DNA of 64,000 nucleotides from Gammaproteobacteria bacterium (GTDB lineage Bacteria; Pseudomonadota; Gammaproteobacteria; UBA6002): NCBI GenBank assembly GCA_013697705.1, contig JACCWJ010000025.1, positions 42,219 to 106,218 of the forward strand, read 5' to 3'. Shown piece by piece: positions 36,924 to 45,075 of this stretch (position 1 is its first letter; each line of letters starts with the position of its first letter). The notes under the pieces were generated by a model. It saw only the letters and a program-made list of their open reading frames with translations, ran no database searches and was not told where the DNA came from. The position numbers and the translations under genes were made by a program.

Positions 36924-39358
36924 TAATGGCAAGATTTAAATTCGGTAAGAGGGATTCTTCAACAAGCGCCAAGCGCCGGGCTGTAATTTTCTTTTTATCT
37001 GTAATTGTCATCGTGGTGGTATTGATAGGTTATCTCGTTTACAAAAGACATTCAGGGGGGGTGCCTACCGTGGTTGGATTAACCGGAGCCCCCGGTGTGC
37101 AATCTATTCCTGGGGTAGGTACCACCTCAACAGAATATGTGAAACTTCAAGAGCAACAAAACATTTCTCAGGCTCAAATTGCAGAAGAAAAGGGCACCAG
37201 TGCAGTTCCTACTATTACACGAACCAGCTATTTTGGGCCAAGCGAGTTTCAAGCCGGAGTAACCCGACCGGAGTGTAGCCCCGATGCCTTACGTCGGGCG
37301 AGGGCAGCAGGTGTTACGGCGGATGAATTAAGATGCAAGGGCTGTTCCTTGGCAGCATTGAAGGCAGCTGGCTATACTGCGGGAGAGCTTGCAAACGCAG
37401 GCTTTAACCCTACTGATCTTAAAAATGCTGGCTATACCGCAGCTGACTTAAGAGCAGCAGGTTTTACGCCCGCTGAATTAAAGAAGGCAGGGTTTAATGC
37501 GGGTCAATTAGCCGCAGCGGGATATAGCCCGAGCGCTTTGGCGCAAGCGGGGTTTACACCCGCTGAGCTACGTAATGCAGGATTTAACCCAAATGCCTTA
37601 GCTGCTGCGGGTATCGGAGGGCAAGCCTACTCTAATTTACCTAAAGATTGTAGCATTGACGCCTTAAGAAGAGCTCATGCGCAAGGTATTCCCGCCTCTG
37701 CCCTCAAAAAACTGGGTTGTGGCGCTGCCGCGTTACGGGCCGCGGGTTACACAGCAGGAGACTTGCATAACGCAGGTTTTACTCCAGAAGAATTAAGAGC
37801 GGCCGGTTATAGTCCCGCTGATTTAAGAGCGGGAGGTCTCACTGCCGGTCAGCTGCGTCGGGCTGGATTAAATGCCAATGATCTGAAAAATGCCGGGTAC
37901 AGTCCTGCTGATTTAAGAAATGCGGGTTTTGGGGCAGGCGCATTGCGCAATGCAGGCTTTAGCCCAGATGATCTAAAAAAAGCAGGATACACCAATGGGG
38001 ATTTATTGCGAGGAGGGTTTAATCCTGCGGATTTATTAGCGCCTTCTGCTGGTTTACCCCCGAATTGTAGCGTGGAAGCGTTGCGTCAGGCGAGGGCACA
38101 AGGAGTGACTGCAGCGCAATTACGCGGCAGAGGATGTAGTGCTGCTGCCTTATTAGCAGCTGGATATACGCCAGCAGAGCTGAAGGCAGCGGGATATGGA
38201 GATGATGATTTACGCAATGCAGGATTAACCCCTGCTCAAATTGCCGATTCCAATGCTCAAATAGCGAATCAGTGTAGTATGGACGCCTTAAGAAAGGCGC
38301 GAGCAGAAGGGGTTCCCGCTGCTGACCTGCTGCGACGAGGATGCAGTCAGGATGCACTATTAGCCGCAGGCTATACGCCCGCCGATTTACGAGGCGCTGG
38401 CATCGGGGGACCATCTCCCGTTGGGTTAACAGGGGCCGCTACAATTCCCTCCGTAGGCAATTCTGAAATTCAGTTGGCTCAATTGCAGGCAAATCAAGAA
38501 CAACAATTAAACGATCAACAAAAAACGCAAAGAATGGCCCAGGTACAATCCTCGATGGTGTCTCAGGCAAATTCCTTGTTCACTAATTGGACGCCCCCCG
38601 CTCCGCAGATGTATGTGGCCGGTGACCCGCCTAAAGAAGTAGCGGCTACGGCTACGACGACCACCACATCTGCCGGTACTATTGTAAAAACGGCCACCAC
38701 TTCCCCTGTCGCTATTGGAGGCCCTACATTGGAATGTGCCTACGTAAAAGGGGGGGATATTATGATGGCCGTCCTAACAAGTACGGTGAATAGTGATGAG
38801 AATAGTCCTGTTATTGCTCAAATTGTTTCGGGAAAACTACGGGGTGGAAAATTAATTGGTCAATTTACTCTCCTCAAAAAGAAAGTCTTAATCACATTTA
38901 ATAAATTGAATATGCCAGGAAAACCGGGAAGCCTAGGAATTAATGCGGTAGCCATTGATCCGGAAACTGCTCACACGGCCTTGGCGGATTGCGTAAACAA
39001 TCATTATTGGTTACGTTATGGAACATTATTTGCTTCCTCTTTTTTAAGCGGCCTTGCAGATGCTATTTCCCAGCAGGGATCTCAAACTTCTACTGGTGCA
39101 GGCGGTATTTTGGTTACCCATGACCCCTTGAGTACTGGGCAAACAGTGGCAGTGGCCTTAGGGGCTGTAGGTAGTCAGTATGCAAGTGTGCTCGGAAGTA
39201 ATTTTACACGTCCACCCACGGTCTATGTATATGCAGGTAACAGCATCGGGATTCTATTTATGCAGGATCTCACAGGGTTTCCTTCAGACTGTTGCCCTGA
39301 TGTTGATAAAACCTGTAATAATCTGGGTGCCGGAGCTGGTTGTATTACCCGCTATTAA
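36920..39358 (+). CDS. icmE: Dot/Icm core-channel protein IcmE/DotG (VirB10-like) with central decapeptide-repeat domain
   Basis: 812 aa. N-terminal transmembrane helix, a long run of 10-aa repeats 'AG[YF]xxx[DE]Lxx', and a C-terminal VirB10-like beta domain. Confidence 0.8.
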   Translation: MIMARFKFGKRDSSTSAKRRAVIFFLSVIVIVVVLIGYLVYKRHSGGVPTVVGLTGAPGVQSIPGVGTTSTEYVKLQEQQNISQAQIAEEKGTSAVPTITRTSYFGPSEFQAGVTRPECSPDALRRARAAGVTADELRCKGCSLAALKAAGYTAGELANAGFNPTDLKNAGYTAADLRAAGFTPAELKKAGFNAGQLAAAGYSPSALAQAGFTPAELRNAGFNPNALAAAGIGGQAYSNLPKDCSIDALRRAHAQGIPASALKKLGCGAAALRAAGYTAGDLHNAGFTPEELRAAGYSPADLRAGGLTAGQLRRAGLNANDLKNAGYSPADLRNAGFGAGALRNAGFSPDDLKKAGYTNGDLLRGGFNPADLLAPSAGLPPNCSVEALRQARAQGVTAAQLRGRGCSAAALLAAGYTPAELKAAGYGDDDLRNAGLTPAQIADSNAQIANQCSMDALRKARAEGVPAADLLRRGCSQDALLAAGYTPADLRGAGIGGPSPVGLTGAATIPSVGNSEIQLAQLQANQEQQLNDQQKTQRMAQVQSSMVSQANSLFTNWTPPAPQMYVAGDPPKEVAATATTTTTSAGTIVKTATTSPVAIGGPTLECAYVKGGDIMMAVLTSTVNSDENSPVIAQIVSGKLRGGKLIGQFTLLKKKVLITFNKLNMPGKPGSLGINAVAIDPETAHTALADCVNNHYWLRYGTLFASSFLSGLADAISQQGSQTSTGAGGILVTHDPLSTGQTVAVALGAVGSQYASVLGSNFTRPPTVYVYAGNSIGILFMQDLTGFPSDCCPDVDKTCNNLGAGAGCITRY
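37260..38420 (+). repeat. Intragenic tandem 30-nt (10-aa) repeat array of DotG, organised as four super-repeats
   Basis: Four modules of the form 'C[SG]x[DE]ALR[RK]A[RH]AxG[VI]xAxxLxxxGC…AAGYT' are followed by 9, 10, 3 and 1–2 'AG[YF]xPx[DE]L[RK]N' units respectively. Confidence 0.8.
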
Positions 39359-39512
39359 TCCTCGAAACACTTCCCTGTAGCCACGCTGGTCTAACTCCCT
39401 TAGGAGTAGATAAACGTTATAGATATAAAAGGTTGCAGAATGAAGATGCTATACTCTAAAAATACATGAATTAAAAAAATAAAAATATCTCATCGAATGA
39501 GGAAGATGAAAG

Positions 39513-40250
39513 ATGGCTGATGACAAAAAAAACCCTGATGAGTATGAATACCCATCAGATGAATATTATAAAGGGGGGGAATATATTCCTCCTGCTGATG
39601 AATCGACGGATCCTTTAGACCCAGGGTCAAGACCGCGCTCTTTTTTATCAAGAAGAATGTTGGTGCTGCTGGGTCTATTTTTAGCCATTGGCTTGGTATA
39701 TTTAGTGCTTATGTTTACCAATGCCCGTAAAAATGCTGATTTAGCCCAGCCTACTCCCACTACTGACGTAGCTGTGGCAAATATACCGCCTACAGGAGTT
39801 CCTCAACCTGTGCAACAAGTTCCTGCGCCAGCTCCCGCCGATAATTCAGCATTGTTAAACGGAGCCCAACAAAATCAGATTACCCAACAGAATATGGCAA
39901 CCCTTCAAACACAGTTGCAGCAGTTGCAAGCCCAAGTAGGTGAGGTGACTACTTCCATTGCAGCATTGAATAATCGCATTCAAGTGGTCGCTAATGAAAT
40001 AAAGGCAATTGCTGTTGACCGTGGAATGGCCGGAAGGGGATATCCAGTAGGCTCTCCAGGCACGATTTATCAGCTGAAAGCATTAGTGCCTGGGCGGGCT
40101 TGGCTGCAATCGGGAGATGGCAGCACTACGACAGTGAGTATTGGCGATCGATTGCCAGGATATGGCATTATTCAAATGATCAATGTGGATCAGGGGATTG
40201 TAACCACCAGTTCAGGCGCCTTGATTCAATATGGTAAGCGTGACAGCTAG
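39513..40250 (+). CDS. icmG: Dot/Icm inner-membrane protein IcmG/DotF
   Basis: 245 aa. Acidic N-terminus, one transmembrane helix, a Q-rich coiled coil, and a C-terminal periplasmic domain. Position between icmE and icmC. Confidence 0.6.
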   Translation: MADDKKNPDEYEYPSDEYYKGGEYIPPADESTDPLDPGSRPRSFLSRRMLVLLGLFLAIGLVYLVLMFTNARKNADLAQPTPTTDVAVANIPPTGVPQPVQQVPAPAPADNSALLNGAQQNQITQQNMATLQTQLQQLQAQVGEVTTSIAALNNRIQVVANEIKAIAVDRGMAGRGYPVGSPGTIYQLKALVPGRAWLQSGDGSTTTVSIGDRLPGYGIIQMINVDQGIVTTSSGALIQYGKRDS

Positions 40251-40260
40251 TGAGTAAGGT

Positions 40261-40848
40261 ATGAAAGAATTTAAATGGTTGATAATTTGCGTCGGTCTAC
40301 TTGGCATGAGTAATGCCTTTGCCGGCCCGAGCGAGGATATCGCTGGGATGATGCAAACATTTCAAAGTAATTTAGGTCCGGTGTATATCTTTGTAGTGGC
40401 TATTTCTTATGTAATGGGGATTTGGTTTGTAGCCGATTCTATTTTCAGGCTAAAAAAATATGGTCAAGCACGGACCATGATGAGTACTAATACCAGTTTA
40501 GCCAAACCTATCATTTTAATGGGTTTAGGATTAGCACTCATTTATTTCCCTCAGTTTGTAAATACCTCCATCCAATCTCTATGGGTATACGGTTCCTCTA
40601 GTAGTGTTCTGAAATATCCAGCTGAACCCACCACCTGGGATGCTTTTATACATCCATTAATTGATACAATTAGGTTGTTTGGTCTCATTGCTGTCGTTCG
40701 TGGTATTGTGATCTTGACGCGTTTGGCGGGTGAAAGTTCCCAACCGGGGAGTATGGGAAAAGGAGTTATGCATATTATCGCGGGTACCTTAGCAATAAAT
40801 ATCGTAGGAACAATTGATGTGATTAAAGCAACTTTCGGATTTACTTAG
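40261..40848 (+). CDS. icmC: Dot/Icm inner-membrane protein IcmC/DotE
   Basis: 195 aa with about 4 transmembrane segments. Position between icmG and icmD. Confidence 0.6.
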   Translation: MKEFKWLIICVGLLGMSNAFAGPSEDIAGMMQTFQSNLGPVYIFVVAISYVMGIWFVADSIFRLKKYGQARTMMSTNTSLAKPIILMGLGLALIYFPQFVNTSIQSLWVYGSSSSVLKYPAEPTTWDAFIHPLIDTIRLFGLIAVVRGIVILTRLAGESSQPGSMGKGVMHIIAGTLAINIVGTIDVIKATFGFT

Positions 40849-40919
40849 AAATTTTTATTGAATGTACTATTATTAACAATTAATTATAGAATAAACTACT
40901 GAGGTTTATTCTTGAGTTT

Positions 40920-41351
40920 TTGGAGGTTACTGTGACTAAAGCGCATTTTAATAGCAAATGCTTCCCTTATCTTAAAGGGATGTTCAAACTGAGTATGATT
41001 ATTGGCTTATTCTATTCCGGGATAGCCTTAGGCCAAAGCGCGGATAGCGGTATTGGGGGTATTGCGGCCAATATTACCAGCCAGTTCTCTAAGATAGGGC
41101 AGCTAATCCTTGCGATCGCCTTTCTGGGTGGTATTGGTTTTATTATGGCGGCCATTTTTAAATTCAAACAACATAAAGATAATCCTACCCAAATTCCTTT
41201 AGGGACGCCTATTGCGATGCTAGTGATTGGCGCATTTTTGGTGTTTATGCCTAGCTTAATTGCTCCAGCAGGCGCTACCATTTTTAAAGGCAGTGCCACA
41301 GCAGGGGGCTTCACCGGTGCCGGCGCCTCAGCAATTCCTGGCGCGTCTTAA
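40920..41351 (+). CDS. icmD: Dot/Icm inner-membrane protein IcmD/DotP
   Basis: Small protein with multiple transmembrane segments and a Gly/Ala-rich C-terminus. TTG start at 40920. An alternative ATG at 40980 (MFKLS…) gives 123 aa. Confidence 0.6.
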   Translation: MEVTVTKAHFNSKCFPYLKGMFKLSMIIGLFYSGIALGQSADSGIGGIAANITSQFSKIGQLILAIAFLGGIGFIMAAIFKFKQHKDNPTQIPLGTPIAMLVIGAFLVFMPSLIAPAGATIFKGSATAGGFTGAGASAIPGAS

Positions 41352-41369
41352 AGACGTCAGGATTGAATA

Positions 41370-41987
41370 ATGCTTTATCATAATCTTACCTTGTCAGCGC
41401 GGCCAGGTAATTGGAGATTATTTTCAGCAAGGAAGGCAGACCCCGCCTTCCTTAAATTTAGTGAGCGCATCTTTTTGCGCGATAACTACACTTGCCAATT
41501 TTGTGGATTTCAAGCTAGGCAATTTCAGGAAGTAGTTAATTTAGACAGGAACTTCTATAACACAAAGTTTAGCAATATGGTGACTTCGTGTTGTTTTTGC
41601 GCCCAATGCTTCTTTTTAGAAGCAGTAGGACGCAGTGATTATGGAGGGGGGAGATTAATCTTCTTACCTGAAATAGCGCAGGCAGATTTGAATGGATTAT
41701 GTCATGTTTTATTTTGTGCAATTGCGAATGCTTCAAGCTATCGTACGGATGCACAAAGTATTTATCGAAATTTAAAATTTAGATCTCAACTAGTAGAACA
41801 GGAATTAGGAGAAGGAATGAGTAATCCCCGTTTATTCGGGCAGATACTCATTGAAACTGATACAAGGGCGATGGATAGAGTCAATGATGAAATTTTTTCA
41901 AAACTTAGACTACTACCTTCAAGGACAAAATTTAATGTGCAAATAGAAACGTGGGCCGAAGCTGCGCTTGAGGAATTGTCTACCTAA
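41370..41987 (+). CDS. icmJ: Dot/Icm cytoplasmic zinc-binding protein IcmJ/DotN
   Basis: 205 aa. Cysteine clusters 'CQFCGF' and 'CCFCAQC'. Position before icmB. Confidence 0.7.
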   Translation: MLYHNLTLSARPGNWRLFSARKADPAFLKFSERIFLRDNYTCQFCGFQARQFQEVVNLDRNFYNTKFSNMVTSCCFCAQCFFLEAVGRSDYGGGRLIFLPEIAQADLNGLCHVLFCAIANASSYRTDAQSIYRNLKFRSQLVEQELGEGMSNPRLFGQILIETDTRAMDRVNDEIFSKLRLLPSRTKFNVQIETWAEAALEELST

Positions 41988-42022
41988 GCCAGAGTCAACG
42001 TTATTTAGCGTGAGATAGATGT

Positions 42023-45000
42023 ATGGCAAATTGGGCTGAGACATTATTAAATGGCGTCGACACTTTTTTTGCTTGGTTAAGTTCGTCCCTTAAGCAAACC
42101 ACAGAATCGTATTGTGATATTGAAACTGCAGATAGCCCGACTGATCTTGTTGATCATGATGGTTCTCTCGTGTCGGTATTGCGTATCAGTGGGGTTAAAG
42201 CGTTAGTGGGTTCCGAAGAATTTAATCGAATGCAATTAAATCTTCAAACTAGCCTGCAAACCACAATGTCCCGCCTCGGACAATCAATCCAAGTTTATTT
42301 CACTTACAATAAAGATGCTGTGGCTGAGGAAATAAAAGAAATTTTACGTCCCGCTAGAGAAACTTCTGTACGACTTGATTTAGACCTAATGGATTTATTT
42401 GATGAGAGGTCGAGTTATTTAACCCGATATTGTGCGCATGAAGAAGCCTATCTCGTCTTAAGGACTAAACCTTCCTCACTTACGCGAGAACAAAAAAAAC
42501 GGGCAATCAAAGACAAAAGAACATTAATAAAAGAAAAGAAAATCCCTGCTTTTTATCAATCTCAAAACGTTATTGCTGCCATTCCCGATTTACGTGAATC
42601 GCATGATTCATTTGTAAGATCTACGGTAAATGACCTTAATACAGTGGGCATAGTGGCGGAGCTGCTTGAAGTGCATGAGGCGGTTTATGCAATGCGTCTC
42701 AGCGTAGATCCAGATTTCACTGATCGGCAGTGGCGACCTTCCTTGCCGGGTGACAAAATCACCATAAAACAACCACGAAATCTTAGCGGTGAAATCTCCG
42801 ATATTTTATGGCCTCCTTTGGGACGACAAATTTTACCCCGAGATGCTGAAAACATGGATCTGCGTACTGTGCGAATTGGGGATCGTATATATAGCTCAGT
42901 CTTCATTGACCTCTTTCCTAAAGAAGTTCAACAGTTTAATGCCCTCTTTATACGCACCTTGCCTACCCATATTCCCTGGCGTATTTCATTCTTAATGGAG
43001 GGAGGTGGATTGGGCTCTTTAAGACTACGCTCCGCTATTTCTTCTGTCTTAAGTTGGACTTCAGCTGAAAACCGATTATTTAATGATGCAGTGAACTTAT
43101 TGCGCTATTTAAATCTCAGTACCGATGATGCCATCGTGAGGTTGAAAGTATCTGCTTCTACGTGGGCGCCGGTAGGGGACATTCGCTTACTAAGATCTAG
43201 AACCGCACAATTAGCTAAAGCGATTGAAGGCTGGGGATCTTGTAATGTTTCTGAAGTCGCGGGGGATGCTTTTGCTGGGGCCGTTTCCAGTATGCTGGGA
43301 GTATCGAGTGTCAGTGTCGCTAATCCTTCAGTAGCGCCAATATCAGATGTGCTGTATATGTTACCACTTTTTAGACCTTCCTCTCCCTGGGCACGCGGCG
43401 CAATTCTTTTTAGATCTCCCGATGGCAAGCCATGGCCTTACCAACCGGGTTCAACGGAACAAACTACCTGGATTGACCTTATGTTTGCAAGGCCAGGGTC
43501 AGGTAAATCGGTATTATCGAATGCTATCAATCTTGCGCTATGTTTGTCCGCAGGCATCTCTCGATTGCCGCGAATTTCTGTGGTGGATATTGGCCCTTCG
43601 AGTAGCGGCCTTATTTCACTCTTAAAAGAAGCATTACCACAAGAGCAAAGACATTATGTTTCCTACCATCGCTTAAGAATGACGCCTGATTTTGCAATTA
43701 ATCCATTTGATACTCAATTGGGGTGTCGTTTCCCTACGCCTCAAGAAAGAAGTTTTCTGGTGAATTTCGTGACGTTACTCTCCACCCCAGTGGGCGCAAC
43801 GCGGCCCTATGATGGCATTACTGATATGGCAGGCATGATTGTCGATGAACTCTATAAAAACCTCGTCGATGATGCTAACCCTAACCTATATACGCCTAGT
43901 GTCGAAGAAATCATTGATGGCATTTTAGAAGAAATTGGATTTGTGCGTGACACCCATACTACATGGTGGGAGGTGACGGATGCACTTTTTGTTGCGGGTT
44001 TTATCCATGAGGCGATGTTAGCACAGCGTCATGCCATGCCCGTTTTAGCAGATGCGGCCTCAATTTGCCGGACGCCTGCCGTCGAAGATCTCTATGGAAA
44101 GGTAACAGCTCCTACAGGTGAGCCATTGATCAATGCATTTTCACGCATGATTTCAAGTGCAGTGAGAGAGTATCCGATTATTTCTCAAACGACTAAATTT
44201 GATATTGGTGATGCTCGTATTGTCTCGCTCGACTTAGACGAAGTAGCGAAAAGTGGAGGCGATGCAGCTAATCGTCAAACATCGGTGATGTATATGTTGG
44301 CGCGTTATGTATTGGGGCGTAATTTCTTTTTAACGGAAGAAAATGTGTCTGACATGTCAGAAGCATATCGACATTACCATGAGCAACGTATTTCAGAAAT
44401 ACGAGAAGATCCTAAACGCATTGTATTTGATGAATTCCATCGTACTGCAAAAGTGCAAGCAATGCGCGATCAGGTCGTTCAAGATATGCGAGAGGGGCGA
44501 AAGTGGGGTGTTCAAATCGCACTAGTTTCTCAATCCCTTGATGATTTTGATGATGTTATGATTGAATTTGCCACTTCGATTTTCATTATGGATGCAGGCC
44601 CAGAACAAGCCATTCAAAAAACCGCAAAAGTGTTTGGTTTATCTTCTACAGCGATTCATGCCCTTCGCACTCGTGTTCATGGCCCGCGAGAAGGCGGCGC
44701 AACTTTTCTGGCGCAATTTGCCACTAAAGAGGGAATGAATACACAGTTGCTAACTAATACACTGGGGCCTATAGAATTATGGGCTTTAAGTACTACGGCA
44801 GTCGATGTAAATATTCGAAATAAACTTTATCGAAAGTTAGGGCCGCGTGAGGCGCGTCGATTATTGGGTAATCTTTTTCCAAGCGGCAGTGCTGCCAAGT
44901 TGGTAGAAAATCGGCTATCTGAAATGCGTGATAAGCAGATGGTGATTGATGATCAAATCAGGCTGAGCATAGTGGATACTATCGTTAAGGATATTTTAGA

Positions 45001-45043
45001 CGCGTATAGCGCCAATCCTGATGTAAAGGTGTTGGCAAAGTAA
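42023..45043 (+). CDS. icmB: Dot/Icm ATPase IcmB/DotO (VirB4-like)
   Basis: 1006 aa. Walker A is 'ARPGSGKS'. Walker B region is 'IVFDEFH'. The size matches DotO. Confidence 0.9.
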   Translation: MANWAETLLNGVDTFFAWLSSSLKQTTESYCDIETADSPTDLVDHDGSLVSVLRISGVKALVGSEEFNRMQLNLQTSLQTTMSRLGQSIQVYFTYNKDAVAEEIKEILRPARETSVRLDLDLMDLFDERSSYLTRYCAHEEAYLVLRTKPSSLTREQKKRAIKDKRTLIKEKKIPAFYQSQNVIAAIPDLRESHDSFVRSTVNDLNTVGIVAELLEVHEAVYAMRLSVDPDFTDRQWRPSLPGDKITIKQPRNLSGEISDILWPPLGRQILPRDAENMDLRTVRIGDRIYSSVFIDLFPKEVQQFNALFIRTLPTHIPWRISFLMEGGGLGSLRLRSAISSVLSWTSAENRLFNDAVNLLRYLNLSTDDAIVRLKVSASTWAPVGDIRLLRSRTAQLAKAIEGWGSCNVSEVAGDAFAGAVSSMLGVSSVSVANPSVAPISDVLYMLPLFRPSSPWARGAILFRSPDGKPWPYQPGSTEQTTWIDLMFARPGSGKSVLSNAINLALCLSAGISRLPRISVVDIGPSSSGLISLLKEALPQEQRHYVSYHRLRMTPDFAINPFDTQLGCRFPTPQERSFLVNFVTLLSTPVGATRPYDGITDMAGMIVDELYKNLVDDANPNLYTPSVEEIIDGILEEIGFVRDTHTTWWEVTDALFVAGFIHEAMLAQRHAMPVLADAASICRTPAVEDLYGKVTAPTGEPLINAFSRMISSAVREYPIISQTTKFDIGDARIVSLDLDEVAKSGGDAANRQTSVMYMLARYVLGRNFFLTEENVSDMSEAYRHYHEQRISEIREDPKRIVFDEFHRTAKVQAMRDQVVQDMREGRKWGVQIALVSQSLDDFDDVMIEFATSIFIMDAGPEQAIQKTAKVFGLSSTAIHALRTRVHGPREGGATFLAQFATKEGMNTQLLTNTLGPIELWALSTTAVDVNIRNKLYRKLGPREARRLLGNLFPSGSAAKLVENRLSEMRDKQMVIDDQIRLSIVDTIVKDILDAYSANPDVKVLAK

Positions 45044-45067
45044 AGCCAAGGCCTTGCGGCCTTGGCT
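45044..45067. terminator. Perfect 10-bp-stem hairpin (AGCCAAGGCC-ttgc-GGCCTTGGCT) between convergent icmB and the 591-aa ORF
   Basis: Perfect inverted repeat immediately after the icmB TAA. It is a candidate bidirectional terminator. No strong U-tract follows. Confidence 0.4.
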
Positions 45068-45075
45068 GGTGAATA

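Noticed and set aside
41012-41314. 100-aa minus-strand ORF antisense to icmD; similar antisense ORFs lie in waaF (9147–9470), dotB (24978–25247), icmP (29775–29969) and icmB (43105–43428)
   Set aside because: All are embedded antisense in strongly supported genes. None has a ribosome-binding site or a recognisable motif. They are six-frame artefacts.
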